From contig NZ_JAUSWN010000001.1 in the NCBI RefSeq assembly GCF_030815255.1, positions 7,045 to 39,044 of the forward strand: a stretch of DNA of 32,000 nucleotides, in the 5' to 3' direction. This document shows, one piece after another, positions 1 to 7,030 of this stretch (its first letter is position 1; each line of letters begins with the position of its first letter). The DNA is from Hathewaya limosa. Its GTDB lineage: Bacteria; Bacillota; Clostridia; Clostridiales; Clostridiaceae. A program made the position numbers and the translations under genes. The notes under the pieces are model-generated. The model ran no database searches, was not told the origin of the DNA, and saw only the letters and a list, made by a program, of their open reading frames with translations.

Positions 1-173
1 TTTATTTAGGACTTACAGTAATCTTATATGCATTAGGAATTTATGTATATATAAAAGCTAAAAAGGAAAATGGTAAGGAAATTACATCAGGGGAAAAAAT
101 ATGGATGGCTATTATTTTAATTATATCTATTTTAATGATAATAGGATTGGCCACAGGTAAGGTAGCTATATAA
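1..173 (+). CDS. 3' end of a membrane transporter gene, with a tail resembling APC-superfamily amino-acid permeases/antiporters. The 5' part lies outside the window.
   Basis: Frame 3 is open from the window edge to TAA at 171-173. It translates to YLGLTVILYALGIYVYIKAKKENGKEITSGEKIWMAIILIISILMIIGLATGKVAI, which is two hydrophobic helices separated by a short basic loop. A rho-independent terminator follows. The family call rests only on resemblance to ArcD/APA-type permease tails. Confidence 0.5.
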   Translation, partial: YLGLTVILYALGIYVYIKAKKENGKEITSGEKIWMAIILIISILMIIGLATGKVAI

Positions 174-210
174 AATAAAAAAGTATATATAAATTATTAT
201 ACAAAGATTA

Positions 211-244
211 AGGGTTATACTAATAAGGATGTATAACCCTTTTT
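211..244 (+). terminator. Rho-independent terminator of the upstream permease gene
   Basis: There is a perfect 10-bp stem, AGGGTTATAC (211-220) with GTATAACCCT (231-240), followed by TTTT. Confidence 0.8.
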
Positions 245-684
245 ATAAAGATTTGTTCATAAAATATTAATTAATATTTTTATGAGATATATAATTTTTT
301 AACAAGGTAATAAATAAATTTATAAAAGGAATAATAATAAAATGTGAACAAATTTAATGATAATGAAATAAATTTTACACACATAAACAAATAAACTATA
401 TAATATACATATAATAAGAGAAGAATTATAAAAAAAAGAAAGTACATAGCACGAAAAAATATTCTGAATTGTTTAAAAAATAACACTAAAAATAGTTGAA
501 TATTAGTTGTATATATAATATACTATATATAAATTAAAGATGAAAATGAAAATAATGAATATTTAAGATAAATAAAAAACAAAATTTATTTAGTAGTAAG
601 GTTATATGTATTTAAATGTAAAATTCATTAAAATGAAAAAAAGTTGTTTGCTATGAAAATTAAAAGCTTTTTAATTAGGTGATT

Positions 685-720
685 AAGTTATATAAATTTT
701 TATATAACTTGTATATAACT
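685..720. promoter_or_regulatory. Candidate operator: 12-bp inverted repeat plus a third half-site upstream of the P5C dehydrogenase gene
   Basis: AAGTTATATAAA-tt-TTTATATAACTT at 685-710 is a perfect inverted repeat. It is followed immediately by a third copy, TATATAACT, at 712-720. The site lies 40-75 nt upstream of the ATG at 760. No binding protein can be assigned. Confidence 0.3.
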
Positions 721-759
721 TTAAGAGGGTTAAAAAATTTTGAAATGGGGGAAGTATAA

Positions 760-2307
760 ATGTTAGTGCCTTACAAGAATGAACCATTAACTAATTTTAA
801 TTTACCAGAAAATAAAAAAGCTATGGAAGAAGCTTTAAATTTAATTGATAGCCAAAAAGGAAGACACTTTCCATTGATAATTAATGGAGAAAAAATAGAT
901 ACTGAAGCAAGAATAACTTCTTATAATCCTTCAAAATCAGCTGAGATTATAGGAACAACAGCTAAAGCTAATAAAGAATTAGCTGAAAAAGCTGTACAAG
1001 CAGCTTTAAAAGCTTTTGAAGGCTGGAAAAATGTTTGTCCAGCACAAAGAGCTAATTATTTATTCAATGCAGCCGCTATTTTAAGAAAAAGAAAAAATGA
1101 ATTTTCGGCTTTACTTGTTGAAGAGGCAGGTAAGATATGGGTTGAGGCTGATGCCGATGTAGCAGAGGCAATAGACTTTTTAGAATACTATGGAAGACAA
1201 ATGCTTAAGTATGCTAAAGGAATGGAATTAATACCACTTAAAAATTCAATAAATGTGTGCAAATATATTCCGCTTGGAGTAGGCTTAGTTGTTGCACCTT
1301 GGAATTTCCCATTAGCTATTTTAGTTGGTATGACTTCAGCTGCTATAGTTTCAGGAAATACTGTAATAATGAAACCAGCTAGTACAACACCAATTATTGC
1401 TGCTAAATTTATGGGAGTATTAGAAGAAATAGGACTTCCAAAAGGCGTTGTTAACTATTTACCAGGACCAGGAGGAGAAGTTGGAGATTATTTAACTTCA
1501 CATCCACAAATTAGATTTATAAACTTTACTGGTTCTAAGGATGTAGGATTAAGAATAAATAAAATGGCTGCTGATTTAGCTCCAGGACAAAAATGGATTA
1601 AACGTGTTATAGCTGAAATGGGAGGAAAAGATTTTATAGTTGTAGATAGTGAAGCAGATGTAGATTTAGCTGCTCAAGCTATTGTAACTTCAGCTTTTGG
1701 TTTCCAAGGACAAAAATGTTCAGCTTGTTCAAGAGCTATTATAGATGAAACAGTTTATGATGAAATAGTTGAAAAAGTTGTTGCTAAGACTAAAGAATTA
1801 AAAATTGGTCCAGCTAGAGAATTTGGAGTAAATGTATCTCCTGTAATAGATCAAAATTCAGTAGATAAAATTTTAAAATATGTTGAAATAGGTAAAAAAG
1901 AAGGTAAATTACTTACTGGAGGCGTAAGAACAAGTGAAGAAGGATTCTTTGTTGCTCCAACAGTTTTTGCCGATGTTGATAGAAATGCTAGAATAGCACA
2001 AGAAGAAGTATTTGGACCTTTTGTAGCATTAATAAAATCTAAGGGATTAGAAGATGCAATAGAAATTGCTAATGGAACAGTTTATGGATTGACAGGTGCA
2101 TTTATTTCTAAAAATAGAACTAAAATTGAAATTGCTAAGAGAGAATTACATGCAGGAAATCTTTATATAAATAGAAAATGTACAGGTGCACTTGTTGGTG
2201 CAGAACCTTTTGGAGGATTTAATTTATCAGGTACGGACTCTAAAGCAGGTGGTGCAGATTATTTATTATTATTCATGCAAGCAAAATCAATTTCTGAACA
2301 ATTGTAA
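760..2307 (+). CDS. rocA: L-glutamate gamma-semialdehyde (1-pyrroline-5-carboxylate) dehydrogenase, RocA/PruA type
   Basis: The ORF is 515 aa with RBS GGGGGAAG 5 nt upstream of the ATG. Aldehyde dehydrogenase motifs are present: VIAEMGGKDFIVVD (catalytic Glu region) and FGFQGQKCSACSRAII (catalytic Cys). It appears near-colinear with my recollection of Bacillus RocA, which has the same 515-aa length and shares blocks such as EADADVAEAIDFLEYY, QKWIKRVIAEMGGKD and GNLYINRKCTGALVGAEPFGGFNLSGTDSKAGG. Confidence 0.9.
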   Translation: MLVPYKNEPLTNFNLPENKKAMEEALNLIDSQKGRHFPLIINGEKIDTEARITSYNPSKSAEIIGTTAKANKELAEKAVQAALKAFEGWKNVCPAQRANYLFNAAAILRKRKNEFSALLVEEAGKIWVEADADVAEAIDFLEYYGRQMLKYAKGMELIPLKNSINVCKYIPLGVGLVVAPWNFPLAILVGMTSAAIVSGNTVIMKPASTTPIIAAKFMGVLEEIGLPKGVVNYLPGPGGEVGDYLTSHPQIRFINFTGSKDVGLRINKMAADLAPGQKWIKRVIAEMGGKDFIVVDSEADVDLAAQAIVTSAFGFQGQKCSACSRAIIDETVYDEIVEKVVAKTKELKIGPAREFGVNVSPVIDQNSVDKILKYVEIGKKEGKLLTGGVRTSEEGFFVAPTVFADVDRNARIAQEEVFGPFVALIKSKGLEDAIEIANGTVYGLTGAFISKNRTKIEIAKRELHAGNLYINRKCTGALVGAEPFGGFNLSGTDSKAGGADYLLLFMQAKSISEQL

Positions 2308-2349
2308 TCCTTATAAAAAATTAAATATATAAAGAAATATTTTAAAAAA

Positions 2350-2378
2350 AGTGTCGATAAAATCGGCACTTTTTTTTT
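2350..2378 (+). terminator. Rho-independent terminator after rocA
   Basis: The stem is AGTGTCGAT with ATCGGCACT (one G-U pair), followed by a run of eight T. Confidence 0.8.
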
Positions 2379-2400
2379 CACAATATGTGTAAATATTTTA

Positions 2401-2429
2401 TTGTTTTTGGTATAAGTAAGTGTTACAAT
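2401..2429 (+). promoter_or_regulatory. Candidate sigma-A promoter for the YitT-family gene
   Basis: TTGTTT (2401-2406), a 17-nt spacer and TACAAT (2424-2429), about 95 nt upstream of the ATG at 2524. Confidence 0.35.
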
Positions 2430-2523
2430 ATGAAATGATTAAAAGTTTTTAAAAAAATTCAGACAATTAAAGGGGAGCAATTATATTTATTATAAATTTT
2501 TAAAATTAGTGGGGGGAGCTTCT

Positions 2524-3390
2524 ATGGTTAAAGTAACTGAACAAAATAAGAAAAAACTTATTGAAGACTATGTACTTATAGTTTTAGGCTGTACTTTGGT
2601 TGCAATATCAGTGCAAAAGTTTTTAGCAGAGGGAAACTTAGTAATTGGAGGGTTAGCAGGTATAGCAGTAATTTTAAAATATTTTACGGGTATTAGTATA
2701 GCTACTACTAATCTTTTAGTAAATGGACCTTTGTTTTTATTATGGATAAAACAAAGAGGAATTAAAGCAACTATTAGGATAGTAATTACTGTGGTATATC
2801 TTTCATTTGCATTATGGTATGTAGAATTTTTGCCATCTATGTTACCTAAAAATAATTTATTTTTAGCAAGTATCTATGGAGCACTGACCTTAGGTGGTGG
2901 AATAGGATTAATACTAAGAGCTTCTTCTAGTAGTGGAGGAACTGATTTAGCTGCTAACCTATTGCATTTTAGATTTAAATCTATTCCAATATCTGTTTTT
3001 ATGCAAACACTTGATTCTACTATTATAGTCATTGGAGCTGTTGTATTTGGAAAAGAAAAGGCTATGTATGCATTGATATCTGCTTTTATAGTATCGAGGG
3101 TTGCAGGGTACATATTAGAAGGAGGACATTCTGCTAAGGCAGTATTAGTTATATCAGAAAAAATTGATGAAATTGCACCTAAATTACAGGATTCAATGAA
3201 AAGGGGAGGTACATTTGTCAATGGTACAGGTATGTATACTAATAATGAAAAGAAAATGTTATATATGGTTGTATCAAGTAAACAAATATTTAAATTTCAA
3301 AAGTTGGTTAATAAATTAGATTCGAATGCATTTATTACTATAACTGATGTAAAAGAGGCTTATGGTAATGGATTTAAGCAATTAGTGTAG
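2524..3390 (+). CDS. YitT-family membrane protein with a C-terminal DUF2179-like domain
   Basis: The protein is multi-pass hydrophobic, with a soluble C-terminal domain ending GTGMYTNNEKKMLYMVVSSKQIFKFQKLVNKLDSNAFITITDVKEAYGNGF. I prefer the ATG at 2524 (RBS GGGGGGAG at 2511-2518) over the in-frame GTG at 2509 used in the ORF track. Confidence 0.8.
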   Translation: MVKVTEQNKKKLIEDYVLIVLGCTLVAISVQKFLAEGNLVIGGLAGIAVILKYFTGISIATTNLLVNGPLFLLWIKQRGIKATIRIVITVVYLSFALWYVEFLPSMLPKNNLFLASIYGALTLGGGIGLILRASSSSGGTDLAANLLHFRFKSIPISVFMQTLDSTIIVIGAVVFGKEKAMYALISAFIVSRVAGYILEGGHSAKAVLVISEKIDEIAPKLQDSMKRGGTFVNGTGMYTNNEKKMLYMVVSSKQIFKFQKLVNKLDSNAFITITDVKEAYGNGFKQLV

Positions 3391-3413
3391 TTAAATTAAA
3401 TAATATTAAATAA

Positions 3414-3455
3414 TAAAAAAAGTCATCGAATTAATGAATAGTTCGATGACTTTTA
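3414..3455. terminator. Bidirectional terminator between convergent genes
   Basis: The stem AGTCATCGAA (3421-3430) with TTCGATGACT (3442-3451) is flanked by an A-run on the left and a T-run on the right. It can therefore terminate transcription from both strands. Confidence 0.8.
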
Positions 3456-3698
3456 ATTTGTAAAAAATTTTGATGGTAATATTAATTCTTCATTTCTAAA
3501 ATAAGGGGCTGAAAATGCAAATACTTTTTCGTTTCCACATTTACTACAAGTACATATACATAGGTGATGTGGATAGCCCTCTATAAATTCTACATATAAT
3601 TCATCTATAATAAGATTACTTCCGCAAAATTCACAAGGAGTGCTGTTGATAATAGAGTATTCACTTTCTATATAAAGCATTGTTTCTTTTGAAATCAT
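3453..3698 (-). CDS. Small zinc-ribbon protein (two CxxC pairs), function unknown
   Basis: The motifs CEFCGS and CSKCGN (with HHLCICTC between them) are separated by about 28 residues. I prefer the start at the internal ATG (3698) because it is preceded by AGGAGA on the minus strand. The ORF-track start at 3728 lacks an RBS. Confidence 0.55.
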   Translation of the reverse strand: MISKETMLYIESEYSIINSTPCEFCGSNLIIDELYVEFIEGYPHHLCICTCSKCGNEKVFAFSAPYFRNEELILPSKFFTN

Positions 3699-3825
3699 TA
3701 ACTTTCTCCTAATTGATATTTTCAACATATTTTATGGTATCACTAAAATAACATAAACACAAGGAAAAAATTAAGGAAATCATTCATATACATTAATGTA
3801 GTAATTATATTTAAGGGGTGATTTC

Positions 3826-4401
3826 TTGATAAATGGAATTTGGTTTTTACTTATTATTGTAGGTATAATAGTAGGCGTTTTTACGGGAAAAGGAGACGCA
3901 TTAACAAAAGTCATAGTTTCTTCAGCAGGTTCTACTGTAGAACTTATGATAGCCCTAGTAGGATTAATGTGCCTATGGTGTGGTGTTATTAAAATATTGC
4001 AAGAAAGTGGGGCAATGAAATTTATTGCAAAAATATTGCAACCTATTTTAAAGCTTTTGTTTAAAAAAGAAGGCAGAAGTGAAAAGGCTATGGAATCTAT
4101 TGTAATGAATTTGACTGCTAATAGTATGGGAATATCCAATGCAGCTACTCCAGCAGGAATTAAAGCTATGGAGGAAATGCAAAAGTTAAATACTAATAAA
4201 GATTATGCTACTAATGACATGATATTGTTTTTAGTTCTTAATTCTACATGTATACAATTTATTCCTTCTACTATTATTTCTGTAAGGGCAGCGTGTAATT
4301 CTAAAAATCCAGCAGTAATAATATTGCCAGCTATACTATCTACAGCTATAGCATCCTTAGCAGGAATTATATTTTGCAAAGTTTTAGAAAAATATTTTTA
4401 G
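3826..4401 (+). CDS. spmA: Spore maturation protein A (nucleoside-recognition/Gate domain membrane protein)
   Basis: The ORF is 191 aa with a TTG start preceded by AAGGGGTGA. It is colinear with Bacillus SpmA, sharing for example MNLTANSMGISNAATPAGIKAMEEMQKLN and NSTCIQFIPSTIISVR. It is paired with spmB. A CATATACA element at 3785-3792 resembles a mother-cell sigma -10 box, but this is weak evidence. Confidence 0.85.
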   Translation: MINGIWFLLIIVGIIVGVFTGKGDALTKVIVSSAGSTVELMIALVGLMCLWCGVIKILQESGAMKFIAKILQPILKLLFKKEGRSEKAMESIVMNLTANSMGISNAATPAGIKAMEEMQKLNTNKDYATNDMILFLVLNSTCIQFIPSTIISVRAACNSKNPAVIILPAILSTAIASLAGIIFCKVLEKYF

Positions 4402-4413
4402 GAGGAGCTTAAT

Positions 4414-4935
4414 ATGAATTTTACTAAATCTATTATTCCAGTAATAATATTACTTATTATTTTGCTTGGGATGTCTAAGGGAGTAAAAGTGTATGAATGT
4501 TTTGTGGAAGGAGCTAAGGAGGGAATAAGTATTTGTATTAGAATATTTCCTTATTTGTTAGCAATGCTTTTAGCAGTAGGGATAATTAGAGAATCAGGAG
4601 TGCTTAATTATATTATAGGTGGGGTTGGAAAGGTTACATCTGCGGTAGATTTACCTTCGGAGGTGTTACCTTTAGTCTTAATTAAACCATTATCAGGTAG
4701 TGGTGCATTAGGAGTTTTTACAGAAATAATAAAAACATATGGACCAGATACATATGTAGGGGTTTTAGCTTCTATTATTATGGGAACAACTGAAACAATT
4801 TTTTATACAGTTTCAGTATATTATGGTTCAGTTAAAATAAAAAAAATTAGACATACATTATGGGCAGCATTACTTGCAGATATGGTAGCAATAATAAGTG
4901 CTGTATGCTTTACTAAGTTAATTTTAGTTAGATAG
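4414..4935 (+). CDS. spmB: Spore maturation protein B
   Basis: The 173-aa membrane protein has RBS AGGAGGAG and starts 12 nt after the spmA stop. It carries the typical SpmB blocks LIKPLSGSGALGV and GTTETIFYTVSVYYG. Confidence 0.85.
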   Translation: MNFTKSIIPVIILLIILLGMSKGVKVYECFVEGAKEGISICIRIFPYLLAMLLAVGIIRESGVLNYIIGGVGKVTSAVDLPSEVLPLVLIKPLSGSGALGVFTEIIKTYGPDTYVGVLASIIMGTTETIFYTVSVYYGSVKIKKIRHTLWAALLADMVAIISAVCFTKLILVR

Positions 4936-4951
4936 AATTAGAAAATATAAA

Positions 4952-4992
4952 AACCAGTTACTTTTTAGTATAGTTTTAAAAAGTAACTGGTT
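4952..4992. terminator. Strong 15-bp hairpin between spmB and the convergent small ORF
   Basis: AACCAGTTACTTTTT (4952-4966) pairs perfectly with AAAAAGTAACTGGTT (4978-4992). The flanks are A/T-rich on both sides, and there is no clean T-run on the + side. Confidence 0.6.
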
Positions 4993-5038
4993 AAATATAT
5001 ATATAAGGCGGTTTTAAAAATTTAATTAATTATATAGG

Positions 5039-5239
5039 CTATTTATTTTTATCTAAAGAGTCAGTGACTAGATTTTCTACATTTTCTTTAAATTTGCCTA
5101 ATGATTTTTTGCTATAATCAGAAGCATTTATTTTATCCACTTCTTTTTTTAATTTATATAGTAATTCAGAATATAACTTCTTATAATTTTTCTTATAATT
5201 ATTCTTTTGATTATCTTTTTTTATCCACAAAATGCTCAC
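5039..5239 (-). CDS. Small Lys-rich hypothetical protein (63-66 aa)
   Basis: The ORF begins with GTG at 5239 or an in-frame TTG at 5230. The TTG lies 6 nt downstream of GAGGTG. The product is highly charged and predicted helical, with no recognisable family. AT-rich DNA yields such ORFs by chance, so confidence is low. Confidence 0.3.
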   Translation of the reverse strand: MSILWIKKDNQKNNYKKNYKKLYSELLYKLKKEVDKINASDYSKKSLGKFKENVENLVTDSLDKNK

Positions 5240-5417
5240 CTCAAATTAAAAAGAATACTATACTTTATATAGTATGAAAAAAATCATAGAAGTGATAATT
5301 TATTAAGGTAAGATAGAGATATGAAGTATAAAAAAATTTAAAAAAATTTCATGAACAAAAATATATTCTATAAAATTTCATATACATAAAATAAATTTTC
5401 ATGATAGAAAAATAATT

Positions 5418-5446
5418 TTGAAAATTAGTAGCTTTTTAATTATTAT
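5418..5446 (+). promoter_or_regulatory. Candidate sigma-A promoter of the XRE-cupin regulator / glycyl-radical operon
   Basis: TTGAAA (5418-5423), a 17-nt spacer and TATTAT (5441-5446), with further TATAAT copies just downstream. The site is about 85 nt upstream of the ATG at 5529. Confidence 0.35.
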
Positions 5447-5528
5447 AATAGTATAATAATATTAAGTAAACAATAACTTTTATTATTGTGAAGATATAAA
5501 AGAATTTAAATGTGGAAGGGATTTTATT

Positions 5529-6092
5529 ATGACTGGAGATATAGGAAGTAAAATTAAAGAACTTAGAAATAATAGAAAATTAACACTAAAGGAACTTAGT
5601 GCTCAAACTAACTTATCTATAGGTTTTTTATCACAATTAGAAAGAGGACTAACTACTATAGCTATAGATTCTTTGGAGAAAATAGCTACAGTATTAGGTG
5701 TTGATTTATCATACTTTTTTAATATACCAAGAGAAAATAAAGGAAGTATATTAAGAAGTTATGAAAAAGAAGTTTTTCAAATAGTTCAATCAAAATTTAT
5801 TGTATATCACCTTTCTAATGATATAGAAAATAGAGATCTATTGCCAAGAATTTACGAAATTTTACCTGAAGAAGGAACTGAAAATTTAACATCTTATCAG
5901 CATGATGGTGAAGAATTTGTATATGTTCTTGAAGGAATTTTAACATTATATTTAGATAATACTAAATATGAGTTATATCCAGGAGATAGCTCTCATTATG
6001 AATCTAAGTTTATTCACAATTGGGCAAATCATACAAATAAAATAGTAAAAATATTAACGGTTCATACCCCAAATGCATTTAAAAATAAATAG
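5529..6092 (+). CDS. XRE-family HTH transcriptional regulator with a C-terminal cupin sensor domain
   Basis: The N-terminal HTH is IKELRNNRKLTLKELSAQTNLSIGFLSQLERG. The C-terminal cupin signature is HDGEEFVYVLEGILTLYLDN...YELYPGDSSHYESKFIHNW. The gene sits directly upstream of the activase/GRE pair. Confidence 0.85.
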   Translation: MTGDIGSKIKELRNNRKLTLKELSAQTNLSIGFLSQLERGLTTIAIDSLEKIATVLGVDLSYFFNIPRENKGSILRSYEKEVFQIVQSKFIVYHLSNDIENRDLLPRIYEILPEEGTENLTSYQHDGEEFVYVLEGILTLYLDNTKYELYPGDSSHYESKFIHNWANHTNKIVKILTVHTPNAFKNK

Positions 6093-6123
6093 AAACTAGA
6101 GTTTTTTAAAAGGGGATGATATT

Positions 6124-7026
6124 TTGAACAAGGGGATAATTTTTAATATACAAAAGTATTCCATTCATGATGGTCCAGGAATTAGAACTACTGTGTTTTT
6201 AAAAGGGTGTCCTTTAAATTGTTGGTGGTGTCATAATCCTGAAAGTCAAAAAAAAGAGCCACAGTTAATGCATTTTAATTCGAAGTGTATTAAATGTGGA
6301 AGATGTGAAAATAAATGTAATCAGAATGCTATTTCTATAGTAGATAATAAGTTTTATTTAGATAAAAGTAAATGCACATTATGTGGACAGTGTGCTGATG
6401 TATGTGTACAAGCAGCCCTAGAGTTGTCAGGTAAAGAAGTTACAGTAGAGCAAGTGGTTAAGGAAGTTAAGAAAGATGAGATATTTTATGAGGAATCTAA
6501 TGGTGGAGTAACTTTTTCAGGTGGAGAACCTATGGCACAAATTGATTTTTTAGAGAAAGCACTTAAGGCCTGTAGTAATTCTGGAATTCACACTACAGTA
6601 GATACTTGTGCATTTACAACATGGAGTAATTTTGAAAGAATTCTAGATTATACAGATTTATTTTTAGTAGATTTGAAACACATCGATAGTAATGAGCATA
6701 AAAAATATACAGGTGTTCCTAATGAAACAATATTAGAAAATATTAAAAAACTTTCAGATTTAGGAAAAAAAATATATATAAGAATTCCCATAATTCCTGG
6801 TATCAATGATTCTAATGAAATCATTGATAGAACTATAAGTTTCTTAAGGGATATAAAAATGGATCAGTTAAATCTTTTGCCATATCATAAAATTGGTATG
6901 GATAAATATAAAAGACTTCAAGAAAATTATAAATTAGAAGGATTACAAGAGCCTTCACAAAAATATATGCAACAATTGGTAGAATATTTTAAGAAGAATG
7001 GGTTTAATGTCAAGATAGGGGGGTAA
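6124..7026 (+). CDS. Glycyl-radical enzyme activating enzyme (radical SAM, with two auxiliary ferredoxin-like 4Fe-4S motifs)
   Basis: The start is TTG after AAGGGGATGA. The N-terminus GIIFNIQKYSIHDGPGIRTTVFLKGCPLNCWWCHNPE contains the CxxxCxxC motif (C29, C33, C36). It is followed by CIKCGRCENKC and CTLCGQCADVC. The stop overlaps the RBS of the GRE gene. Confidence 0.92.
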   Translation: MNKGIIFNIQKYSIHDGPGIRTTVFLKGCPLNCWWCHNPESQKKEPQLMHFNSKCIKCGRCENKCNQNAISIVDNKFYLDKSKCTLCGQCADVCVQAALELSGKEVTVEQVVKEVKKDEIFYEESNGGVTFSGGEPMAQIDFLEKALKACSNSGIHTTVDTCAFTTWSNFERILDYTDLFLVDLKHIDSNEHKKYTGVPNETILENIKKLSDLGKKIYIRIPIIPGINDSNEIIDRTISFLRDIKMDQLNLLPYHKIGMDKYKRLQENYKLEGLQEPSQKYMQQLVEYFKKNGFNVKIGG

Positions 7027-7030
7027 TTTT

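Noticed and set aside
280-486. 68-aa ORF on the - strand in the rocA upstream region
   Set aside because: The translation is extreme low-complexity (F/Y/I/L/K) from AT-rich DNA, with no RBS and no recognisable domain. It is most likely a chance ORF.
246-759. Sigma-54 (-24 TGGCAC / -12 TTGCA) promoter upstream of rocA, as in Bacillus
   Set aside because: No GG-N10-GC element with the right flanks was found by eye, and no RocR-like enhancer-binding protein gene lies in the window.
2874-4139. Antisense ORFs 2874-3221 (-) and 3780-4139 (-) overlapping the YitT and spmA genes
   Set aside because: They lie fully inside much better supported + strand genes that have clear family motifs and RBS. 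They have no RBS and an atypical composition, so they are shadow ORFs.
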